Assembly: GCA_030141605.1 (NCBI GenBank)
Contig: JAQGDQ010000482.1
Location: forward strand, 62,001-126,000
Direction of reading: 5' to 3'
Source of the DNA: Tubiluchus corallicola
Taxonomy: Eukaryota > Animalia > Priapulida
DNA: 64,000 bases
The translations under genes and the position numbers were made by a program. This document shows positions 50,596 to 61,630 of this stretch, in pieces; within the stretch, counting starts at the first letter, position 1; every line of letters starts with the position of its first letter. Under the pieces are notes generated by a model. The model made no database searches. It was given only the letters and a program-made list of their open reading frames with translations, and had not been told where the DNA came from.

Positions 50596-51020
50596 CAGTC
50601 AACCTCGCATATAAGGGACAGCTCCAGACCGGAGAAAATCGTCCCTTATATCCGATGTCCCTTATAGCCAAAGTTGAGTCAGACCGAGAGTTATCTAGAC
50701 CTGCGAGCTCTATATACCTCATCTGGTAGCCTAATGCTCGATGAACCATTTGTCGCAATGTATGTAATATACCGATTTAATACAAACACACCCAATCGCC
50801 TTGAACTGAACACAAAAATCGATCTTTATTCAAACTCATCCCAATTACAAGACATTTTACTACTGGTAGTTATGCTAATAATGTAAATTGAGATGTATAT
50901 TACAAGTACGAGTGCTTAATTTTGCTTAATTAAATCCTTATGATCCGCGCGGGGTCTCGGGCATAGGGACCTGAAGATATCGTCCCTTATATCCATGTAT
51001 CTTATACTCGAGGTTGACTG
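50596..51020 (-). mobile_element. pogo/Tc1-like MITE with TA TSD
   Basis: TA|cagtcaacctcg ... cgaggttgactg|TA; subterminal regions are reverse complements of the 11213 and 38024 family. Confidence 0.85.
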
Positions 51021-54000
51021 TATTTTATGCATCTGTCAACTTTCTTTAAAGCGTTACAGAAAGTACTTCCAGAGTTTATCATCTGTATTATCAACCCAGT
51101 GAGATTATTAATATTACTACTATTGTTAATCTTTAGTGCTATTATTTAATTTTATAGTAATATATTATTTATGAAACATTTTAAATGTATTTGCATAAGG
51201 ACCAACAGTTTTTTATATATGGAGTAGGTTAGACTAATTTATCATGCGTGTTATTGACGCGGCTTTTCAAAAGTCGTGTTGAGGCAAAAATATGTTACTA
51301 AAATGTCATTAAACCTACCATTTGCAGTTTTCGAATTCACAAAAGTATTATGAAGACATTAATAATACCGTAATATGGTAAAACGTTTTGTTTAAAAAGA
51401 TTGTGACTTTCTCCCCCCCCCCCTTCAGAATAAGTTTGTTTTGGTATTACACATTTTTGGTGTTTTTTTATCCAAAAATGATTATTTTGGTTGTTTTTCA
51501 CAAATTCTGGAAAAAAAGTCAAAATGCTGTTATTGTTCTTACTGGGTCTATGTAATGATTAAAACGTTGATTTAGTTACAAATCTGCAAAAGTTGATTGC
51601 TAATAGTGATTATTGTACAAAATTGTGAATATTGGTGGCTTTGTATAAAAATCGTTTGTAATTTCTGTATACGTGTTTGTTTAGCCTGCAAAACGGTGTT
51701 TTGTAGATACAACTTACTGGACTGAAACGTGGTGTAAATTTAGCTTAGTAGTTGTTCGAATTTCGTGAAATATGAAATTCTGCCTCAGATTTATCCTCAT
51801 TTGGCAGGAAATATTCAATAAATTAAAAACATTCAAGTGATCTTGGTTTTGAACCAGCATCCTTTGCATTACAACTCGAGTGTCTACAACTGAATCAAAT
51901 GTAATGTCATTATGATAAAGAGACGGGTGTTACTTCCAATGCAGATGCTAGGTGACTTTTGTAAGGGTTGGTTCACTTGTACTAGAGAATAACTGTTGAA
52001 TTTCAATACTGCATTTTAATTCTAATTCTTATGGTCTTTATTAAATTGAATGTATTTTGGGGCAAGTTTAGCCTCGTGCAATTCAAGGACACTGGTTCAA
52101 ATCCCAGCTCACCTTCATTCATTTGCTTTCTTTGATCAAACAGTTTTGTATTCGGAAGTTCAGTAATTGTGAATTTAGCCATTAAATCATGTTCTTAAAC
52201 CGAGTCTAATTTTATGGGTTGTTTAGTCTGCTGGCTGTGTAATTTTCATTTCATTGTCATCTGTGGAAAGAAATTTGAGTTTGTCGGCTAATTATGGCGT
52301 CTTTAAAATTTAATACTCAGAATAGCTTAATAAAATTACTTATTAACCTATGATGATTTTTATTGTTTTTTCCTTTAACCTAAGAGCAAAGCTATTATAT
52401 TATTGGCAAAGCAAAATGTCTATATTTTCAGGTTTGTATCAATGCATGCACCTGGTTTGTTTTGTCCAGTTTGTCTGTCTGCGTGTTGCAACCCATAACC
52501 TCAATAAAAAATGATGAACACTTTGGTACAGGTTGATTTCCTTTATTACTGTGCTCAAAAAAAGAAGTGAAGGCGGTGTAGAGGGGGGTCAGTTTCAACG
52601 TAAATTGCAGTCTGAAATAATAAAAGTAAAAAGCAACATTTAGAACTTAATAATTTACTTAATTTACACACTACAACAAAAATTAAATTTAAAGCACTAA
52701 CCTCAGTTTAGGTAAATCAAAAAACCATAAAATATCATTTGAAGCAAACATACCTTAACAAACTACATTACGAAATTTGAAATCTGAACTTTGCCAGCAG
52801 ACCATGAAACCTGAACTACCACTGCCCAACATACAATAGCCAGGACCCTGTTACACCTCATTACCTCTAGTTGAAGCCCAGTAAATGGTATGTAAATAGA
52901 TAGTACAGTAAACAGTTTAAGAAATAGGTAAATTATTTTTACAGGTAAATAACCAAAAGATGGCAGCACCTCCCTAGGATACTACCACCTTCTGCTAAGT
53001 CTAAGTCTAAAAAAACATTAATTATGGCACAACTGCGTAACAAAATGCATATTATCAAATGGTTTCCTTAACAATACATGGTTATAACGCCAAACTTATT
53101 TAACGCCAAGTTTTACTGGGGTCCCAAAGTAGGCGATGCAAAGAGTTTTGATTGTAAAACTATAGACCTACCTTGCATTCTTATGGTATGTTTTTGACTT
53201 CTCAGCTAGGAGTAACTTACTTTTGGCAACTATAGTCATGCCATTAATTTGGCATTTTACTTCCAATCTTTTACATGTTATCATGCCTCTCTTCAGGTTT
53301 GTGATGAAAGAAAAACTATGTTGAAAAGGCGTATCAATAAAACTGAGTTTTCCCACCACCGTTTCACACTTCTAACCTTTATTGAACATTTTTCCTGATA
53401 GATGGCACCACACACAAATGCGGTATAATATTTTGCTAGGTCATTAAGGCTGTAGTTGCATAAGTGAAGTAACTTTGTTGATTCTCCGGACTATAATTGT
53501 CAGGACTTTGTACTTTCACAAAAAAATTGAAAGTAACAACTGATCCAGGTTCAACTACTGTCCTTTTTCGGTGGTAAAGCAAACAATGAAGCGATAACAT
53601 TATATAAAAAAGACAAATTAACCCGGTGAACGTAGTTTTATCAACTAGTATTAACAATTTATTAAAGATAATTACATTATTGCAATAGTTGTGAATATAG
53701 ACTATAGAGCACAGAACGAAATTAATTTAAGACATATACAATATCTGGTCTTATACGATGAATTATACGAAACTTGGTTGAATCAGAATGGTAAAAATGT
53801 TTAAATTAGCGCTACTGCTACTAGTATCACTACTCACTAGAAGTAAATATTATAGCTCCACTATAGCATTAAGATGGCATAACAGGTATGTATGCTATAT
53901 AGGCTTTCTAGTATGCTAAATCATGAGTTTGTTAGATCATAGAACGGGTAAATTAATCAGAAGTAATTGCGTCAGAGTTTTGCTCTTACAGAATTTCCAC

Positions 54001-55692
54001 CACTGTAATCTAACTTTCTACATGTAACATAACTAGCCATCTGTAAACAACGACATCACAGTGTCGCCATCTACGATCAAACATTAACACAAATTAACAA
54101 AAAATGAAACTTTAAAAACTTTTCACAGTACGTCTGATACATAGAAAGCCCACCAGCTATAGGGCAAAATTGTTAAAAATGCTAATTTATATAAATGTAG
54201 AGGACACCGGGGTAAATTTTAACACAAGAAAACTGACGTTTGGATGACAGTGAGATGAAAGACTGTTGGTAATGGCGGACTTTTATCGAAACATTAATAA
54301 ACAATGCAATTTTATATTCAATATTTTACATTTCTACAAACTAATTACAATTAAATTTAAAGTCATGATTACAATATTGATAATAAAAAATTAACTAGCA
54401 AAATAAAGCGTATAAAGCAACTCTATTCACTGCTTATTAACAATTTCTATTCTAATTAGTCCCATGATAATCATAATACAGTAAGGTAAGAAATAGATGC
54501 AGCAACAGATAAGACGTGCTGCTACAAGAGTTTACCGCCTTTGCATTCAATACCAGTTCATAGTTAATGCAGACGTTTTTGGCAGAAACGGCACATAGCA
54601 AATGTTCGAGAGTAATTCTTGACGAGGCACTGAACCATCAGAATGTGTTAGTCACGTTCACATTCGTATACATCGTCTACCGTCAAGGTAACTGGTACGG
54701 CAAACCAAACAATTTAAGAGAGGGGTTTTCACAATAGTCACCCACCCACTACTTGCTTGATTCGGCATGGCTCAACTTCATCGACGATGCAACATGCCCA
54801 CTCAGCTGTTTTCTGGCCTGCAGATTTGATCTGCCTCCAAAATATGCGATTTCGCAAGTGATTGCAAAATTGTTTGCAAGTCATTTAAACATTAATATTA
54901 TGTAATAACAATAATTTAAACATTATATCATATTTAATCATTAGTCTTAGTTCAATTATTGCAATTTCTTTACGTTCATAGGGAACTATTAAGAATTAGT
55001 TAAATAAAGCCATTTTATTTCCACTTTTCTGGAGGAAAAAGCTGCTTACAAATTTCGCTTTTTACTACGGGTCTCTTATTTGTGGAAGTCATCGCGCCAG
55101 AAAGCTACGTCACTTGCTTTAAGAAGAAAGCTAACAGGTAACTTCTATGACTCAAAAAAACAAATCATAAGAATTTTAGTTGTCTAGACCAGAACATATT
55201 CTCCCTTTCTCATTGCAATCATTTTACTTTGAAAATCTTTGGTCTGTTTTGGCACGCCCTGTACAAAAGAAGGGCAAGCTAGTTAAATTCAATATTCGAA
55301 CTATTAACCTTGGCCATGACATGAAAATGACACACAAACAAAGTTAAACATACCTATTACATCTGTGCTCATAGATCAAACTGTGTATTTGTACAGGCAA
55401 ACATAAGATAGTTGCATAGAGTGCAAGGCATCAACGTACTTTTTTCTCTCAGAAACATGTAGTAAAGTCCCAGCCCAGAACAAAACAGTGAGAATCGGGG
55501 GCGCCATTTTTTAAATTCAATTCAATTCAATTTTAATGTATTTATCTCTGTATAATACTACAATAAAACATGATTAATAAAAGAATCGCTAATAAGTTTT
55601 GAAGAATGGTTAAAATGAATAGATAGATCTAGAACTAGAGAAAGGATAGCACAAAGACTATAAAGTCACCTAGTCTGCTATCCTTTACACTG

Positions 55693-56403
55693 CAGTGTTT
55701 TTCAACCAGTGTGCCGCGGCACACTGATGTGCCGTGAAAGATCATCAGGTGTGCCGTGGGAAATTATCTAATATCACCTAATTAACCATTGTCGGGTGTC
55801 TGTGCTGTAATAAACTGTGGCCGATAATGTATAACTCTTTTATTTCAGTGGGTGGCAGCAGAGAGCGATAAATGCCTGTAAAGTCAATAGAGTTAGTGTT
55901 TATGTACAGCATCATTACTTGAAATATACTTGACTCTCAAAACACTGCGGGGTTGAATGATAAACAAGAGAATTATCACTGTTGTATGTTTGCTTAGTAA
56001 ATTCGTGTACAGTTTACTTTGAGCACATAACTGGTTTAGATATACCATAGTTTAGGTTTGCTATATATACAAATGTAAATGTGTTGCGGGCAATCAACCA
56101 CAGACAGCTTCATTAATATAGTAAGTTTTCAGGCTTCCTTAGAACTATCAATCGACTTGATCAGGCGTAATTATAGGGCCAAAGAATTCCACAATTTGGA
56201 GGCAGGAGACGTGAACGATTATGTGACTAGCCTGCTACGTGAGACTTCAAGATTTCACCACTTTCTGTGCTGACGCATCAGTCAGAATGGTCACGTGACC
56301 ACCTATTGTTTCAACATGCACGTGTCTGTAAATGGTGGTGGTGCCCGAGGATTTTGGAAATGTAAAAAATGTGCCGTGGCTCAAAAAAGGTTGAAAATCA
56401 CTG
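55693..56403 (+). mobile_element. Non-autonomous hAT (Charlie/Buster-type) element
   Basis: cagtgtttttcaacc ... ggttgaaaatcactg TIRs, subterminal gtgccg repeats, flanks ctttacac(tg) / ctttacag; last 70 bp nearly identical to the reverse complement of 63561-63630. Confidence 0.9.
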
Positions 56404-57647
56404 CTTTACAGAATAGATAAAATGATTTTTAGACACTGGTGGGCATTAATGTTTAATTTAGGAAGCATTAATAATTTTAAAATTATGACATTTGCTATAT
56501 AATTAAGTAATCCAGAGTAAAGAAAATACGTGTACTATAATTAGCAGGCAACAAAATAAGGTCAGTCTTGATTAAACTAAAAATAGCATTTACATTTTAT
56601 GTGAAACGCAGGTCAAAATTGTTATGAAATGATAAAAACACTTTGGGTTAATAATGCAATTAATCAACGCAATTCAATTCAATTCAAATGTGCTGCTGCG
56701 TGTATTTCCATATACATATACAATCAAGCCTCGTTATAACGCCCTCTTTATAACTCCAACATCGCTTTGAGTGCCCAGGTTTTTGTATTACTGCGCCTCG
56801 TTACAATACCAAAATCGCTCAATACGAACTTTGTTTGCAGTCCAAATGTGGACGGTTGAAAAAGGCTTGCCTGTACACAGTATAAATGAAACAAATGTTG
56901 TAAATTTGACCATCATAACAGCCAAAACCAAAAATCAGCTACGTATGATCTTTCGTTAAAACTACCTTCAACTGTGATTTGTGAACTTTGATCTAATCAG
57001 GTAGGGCTACCTAGGCTTGTACTCTGTTGTTAAACAACTTTAGTTAGCATAGAACACGAGCTACCTGCTTTACATTTAAATACTGTACATATCTAGACAT
57101 TGAAATCGGTGATGTAGCAATATTTTAACAAGTTTTATGCAAAAAATCATTAAATTTTTAATTATAATTACCCTGGATTCGAAAATAGTTTAAGCTTGTT
57201 TAATACGTACTATACAGTTAAAACAAAGCTAAAAAATTGTTATAGTTTGTACTGTAGGAAACTCAGAGTAACCGATAAACTTTAGTGTGTATTGATTGCT
57301 GCCTGTTAAGACTAGGCTTTACTAAAGTACAAAACACGTGCATTGGCATTTTTATCCATTTCACAGGATACATGTACACTATACATGTGCCATTCTTTGG
57401 CAGACTATAAACTTATTAAGTTAAAAACAATGCTTGGTGCAGTTTATCGGATAATTGCATGGCCAGATCTGCTGCTAAATTTTGCCTTGATAAGACATAA
57501 TTGAGCAGAATTCCTGAAATTTATACAAAATAAATGGAGAACCTCTATGGACATGTGTTGAACCAACAGACGTGATACAACTATGCATCCATTGGATTCT
57601 CTACGCCTTTTTAAGCGTCATTTATCTTAGCCTTTCAGAACACCCAA

Positions 57648-57757
57648 AGGTCGTTCACACATTATATGTTAATCTCAATTCACTGTATCACTGTTGCGAA
57701 AACGAAGATCTTTAAATCTTTTAATACTGTTTATAATGTACGCGTGTGAAATGACCT
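57648..57757. mobile_element. Small Harbinger-like MITE downstream of the ELOVL stop
   Basis: aggtcgttcacac ... gtgtgaaatgacct inverted ends. Confidence 0.5.
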
Positions 57758-57957
57758 TTAGCAGCCTTTCAAAGCCAAAATCTAATTAAAATTAGGTCTG
57801 ATTATTAAGCATAATTATCTAATATTAAGGTGTACGATCACTACGAACTGATTAAAAATAATTAAACCTAGCTGGCACTGGCAGTCAATATGCTTAACCC
57901 TGATATTCAAGAAAATGCATAAAATTTATTTATCATTATTGGCTACAGATGGTGTCA

Positions 57958-58896
57958 TCAAGGTCTTCGTAATTCTGCTTTCACTGCTCGATCAAACCTG
58001 TTCTTCAAATCCTCTTGAGGAATATTCGTAGGAACCTTCAAGCCTTTTGTCGACGTCACATCTAGTGACGTCATCACCTGGGCATTGTTCGAGTTCAATC
58101 TCTTCGCGCCACTGACGTCATCAACACTTGGAGCGACGCAATACGACGCGTAGAAGAAATGGGCGAAGAGTACAGCGTAACTGGAGTACATCAGGAAACC
58201 GTACTTTAAACTTTCGTAACTTCCAGCACAATTTTCACCCAACGATTTCAGTTCCCAGGCCGAATAACTCACCCAAATTCCTATGAACATTTGCAATAGC
58301 TGTGCTGACGTCACGGTCACGCTGACCCATCGAGGCACGCGGTATTTCATTGATCGAAACGCGTAGTACGAGTACATCATGGCGTGGACTGTGAAGTTGA
58401 GAGCCACAAACCACAAGCCACAGCCGGTGCTCTCTGAATAACTATACCAACAATAGATCAGTACAGTAACGTGATGATACCAGTGAAGAAAAATCAATTT
58501 CTGCTTTCGCAATACGATGAAAATCGTGTCGATTAGTTCCGGAAATTTAGACAGTTGAAAAAGAAATGTCCAGTAGCCGGTAACGCCCTTGGCGAACCAG
58601 TCATCACACACACTGTGCCTCCAACCATGCGTCTCCAGTGCCCAGATTAGGGCCGGCAGGGTCCTGGCTGCCCCAAAGATGCTGAAAACCGCCAGGAACA
58701 TATTCCACACCGTCAGAGCAGTACGTAGTTCATATTTGCTCCTTGTTTGCATGAATGCCCTCAGTAGAAATATAATGAGAATGTAAACAGAACTATAGTA
58801 GAATGTCAGTTTCCAGTTGTCCTTCATCCACTGGTTAGCACTGTTGTGGTCGAAATCTTTCTCGAATTCAAACACGACGGAATAATTCATCGTCAT
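57958..58896 (-). CDS. ELOVL6: Very-long-chain fatty acid elongase, ELOVL3/6 (baldspot-like) class, intronless CDS, 312 aa
   Basis: Single ORF with ELO motifs: FEFEKDF..WM..NW, LSKFPELIDTIFIVLRKQKLIFLHWYHH (HxxHH box), NFTVHAMMYSYYA, VTSAQLLQM, MYSSYAVLFAHFF. First in-frame ATG is at 58896 (MTMNYS); the ORF track's 58944 start is a GTG. Confidence 0.95.
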   Translation of the reverse strand: MTMNYSVVFEFEKDFDHNSANQWMKDNWKLTFYYSSVYILIIFLLRAFMQTRSKYELRTALTVWNMFLAVFSIFGAARTLPALIWALETHGWRHSVCDDWFAKGVTGYWTFLFQLSKFPELIDTIFIVLRKQKLIFLHWYHHVTVLIYCWYSYSESTGCGLWFVALNFTVHAMMYSYYAFRSMKYRVPRWVSVTVTSAQLLQMFIGIWVSYSAWELKSLGENCAGSYESLKYGFLMYSSYAVLFAHFFYASYCVAPSVDDVSGAKRLNSNNAQVMTSLDVTSTKGLKVPTNIPQEDLKNRFDRAVKAELRRP

Positions 58897-58975
58897 CTTG
58901 ACACGAAAAAATACTGTACTGTGAATCTCCAACCTGGGATTCACGCTAACAGCAGACGACCGAATTTTCTAGTCT

Positions 58976-59017
58976 CTGATTGGCTGTTCGGCGCTCAGAT
59001 GTTAGCGAATGACGTCA
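58976..59017 (-). promoter_or_regulatory. Candidate ELOVL proximal promoter: CCAAT box plus CRE
   Basis: agccaatcag on the minus strand (58976-58985) and TGACGTCA (59010-59017), about 80-120 nt upstream of the ATG in a locally CpG-rich patch. Confidence 0.5.
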
Positions 59018-59519
59018 CAATTGCGCAAAGGCGCGGCTGGGATGCGTAATGAGAATTTGTCGACTGGAGTAAAACGTCATTACAAAAAATTGTTGGAAAT
59101 AATTTTAATTATTGATCCTATTATTTTAACCTTTACTTTAAAAATATTTGTGTTAACAAAATTGTTCCATAGATTTCTAACGGCAAATCTACCAAAATAC
59201 TTGTAGCATTCGCTGGTTTGTGGTGTGTTTGTTTATCTGGTTACCAGCGCGCTTACAATAATGCGTAACAAGAAATTCTCGTTTCTAAAAGGTTGTTTAA
59301 ATACGGAGTCCACAAGACAAAATTTAAATTTTGAATTTTTTTGAACGAATACAAATCTTTTGCGTTTCATCGCATCCAGTATTGTGACGTCACAGTGGGA
59401 GTATAAAGAAGAATAGTTGCCGTGCATACATTCAGAAACTGTGGACTATTTTTTCAAGTTGTAAAAACTTTCATGCTGTTTAATATCTATGTCTGGAAAA
59501 CAGTTTTTCCGAGTGAATA

Positions 59520-59945
59520 AAGCTGAAATCGATGCGTTTCGAAGGCGAAATTACAGAAACATTTTGGGTATTGGATGGCCAAAGAAAATTTCAAACAAAG
59601 ATCTATATGAAAAAATAAAAGAAGAACCTTGGACAAGAAAAATAAAAAGACGCCGTTTAAGATGGATTGGGCATATGCTTAGACTACCTGATGATATTCC
59701 AGTGAAGATAGCTCTTCAACAAGCCATAGAACCAGCTAAAAACTTTCAAGAGGACAGATGTTAACATATTTAGATTTTACACAGAAAGATTTAAACACTT
59801 CAGCATTGATCCTTAGAAATAAATGTACTTGGGGCATTGCGACGAGCAGGGAGTCCTGGCATAGGGAGGTGAGCAGAATCATGTCACTGGACGTGTGATT
59901 CATTGGATGATGATGATGGATGATGATGATGACGATGATGATGAT
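59520..59945 (+). mobile_element. 5'-truncated RTE-like LINE with (GAT)n tail and 9-bp TSD
   Basis: KAEIDAFRRRNYRNILGIGWPKKISNKDLY..RRRLRWIGHMLRLPD; TSD gagtgaata at 59511-59519 and 59946-59954; highly similar to 43220-43626. Confidence 0.9.
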
Positions 59946-60439
59946 GAGTGAATATTCAAATTGTTAAAATCACCCACATTGTCCTGTAAATTTGATAAAC
60001 GAAGCATTCCAAACTATTTATAGATCAGATTTAGATTTACTTATTTTAACAGGCTCGTTACATCGGCAATATAAATTAAAAATGCTCGTTAGTAACTAAT
60101 TAATTATCTACTGACATAAAACTAGTTTAACACGGGAGTGAAATAACAAATTTGATTAACATTGTAAAAAAGTTTCGCTAGAAATGGCTGCAATAATATT
60201 ATTAAATACAGACATAATTGCGTAGATGAACTTGTATTTTTGACGGCTGCTGGAAGGCCTCTATTACTGCAATCAGAGGGAATAAACAAAAAAGTCATTT
60301 TAAGTTTCTCTTAGTGGCAAAGATATAGATGTAAATAAATGCAAAACGCCCTTGAAAATACATGTTGGCAAATTGCCAACTGCCTTTGAACGCCACACGT
60401 TCGAAGTATTGTTTTATACGTAACCTAGCAATAACGCAA

Positions 60440-60690
60440 CCGTTTGAGATGGATTGGGCACATGCTTAGACTACCTTCCATTAAAGATAGCTCTTCAACA
60501 AGCCATAGATCCAGCCAGAAAACCTGCAGGGGGATAAATGTTAAGATATTTAAATTTTGCACAGAAAGATTAAAACATTTCAGCACTCATCGTTAGAGAT
60601 AAATGCACTTGGGACACTGCAGCGAGTAGGGAGTTCTGGCATAAAGAGGTGAGCAGAATCATGTCCCGGGTCATGGTTCATTGTATGAAG
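60440..60690 (+). mobile_element. Shorter, more diverged RTE-like LINE fragment
   Basis: cgtttgagatggattgggcacatgcttagactacct...gaggtgagcagaatcatgtc is shared with the two other copies. Confidence 0.85.
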
Positions 60691-61019
60691 CCAGCATTCT
60701 ACGCAAGTGTTTCATCTAATCTGTGTTGCCGTGTAGTGTCGTGTTACGGGCGTCTCTGTCTTTTCTTGGTGAAAAATCTATTATTTTCGTAATAAAGTGT
60801 TATATCTTAAGTTAGACAACCGTCGGGTTGATGAGTGGTGCCCACGGTTTATCCAAAGGGATTTTGATACTGGAAAGTCGGTCGGACGTGAGATAAATAC
60901 CGGATGTCGTTACAGTACTTCCTTCCTTTTGTGGCCTCGCATTGGGAAATCCCGAAACGATACGAAAATTAGACTTTTGTTAAACATTGCTGTAGACTTT
61001 AAAAATTGAGGAATAGTAT

Positions 61020-61630
61020 TGTGCACCCATAATACTACTCAATTTTCAAGTCCCATAAAAAGTATACATCTTAAAACCAACGTTATTGCAAAGGCGTTTT
61101 ACTGATAATTAAATAATAAGTTAAAACTTAATTAACGGCAGGCGAGCCCAGCTGTTGATGACATCACAAACTAACTTAATTTTCAACTTCAAAAATATTC
61201 CACGAGTGTTTTGCACGTGTTTGCGAAAGCGCAAATTGAAGTACAGTACTACTGTAAGATATTTAGTGTGTTGTACTAAAACTAGACAAGTTTTAAGGTA
61301 AAAATTCAAATTTCAAATTTACCCCTGTGCTTACGCATGAACTGTCGTATGTGTGTTGTTCGTCACAAACTAACACATCTGAACTGAGTGGTGCAGCACC
61401 TGGTTTTTGTGCAATGCGTTTCCGAAAAGCAGGCGCTAATGCCCATCTAACTAGCGAATGGTGAAATGTATGTAACAGCGAAGAACTAGTGACGCAAATG
61501 TGAAATTTGTTTTTGTGTGGTAATAATTTTTTCACGATAGTCATTTTTGAAAAAAATAATATGTTTCCTTTCAATGTTTTAAAGAGTAGATTGTTTTGAT
61601 CTACAGTTTACAATTGGGTCCGGTTTTGCT
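61020..61630. mobile_element. Repeat homologous to 5421-5670, ending in a Kolobok-like TIR
   Basis: Reverse complement of the BMPR1 intron repeat; right end gtccggttttgct|TTAA resembles the family A TIR. Confidence 0.6.

Noticed and set aside
52763-52969. Minus-strand ORF containing a signal-peptide-like MRCNRVLAIVCWAVVVQVSWSAG
   Set aside because: No convincing donor or downstream exons; wrong strand and place to belong to BMPR1.
58897-58944. N-terminal extension of the elongase in the ORF track
   Set aside because: Starts at GTG; homology begins at the ATGs at 58896/58890.
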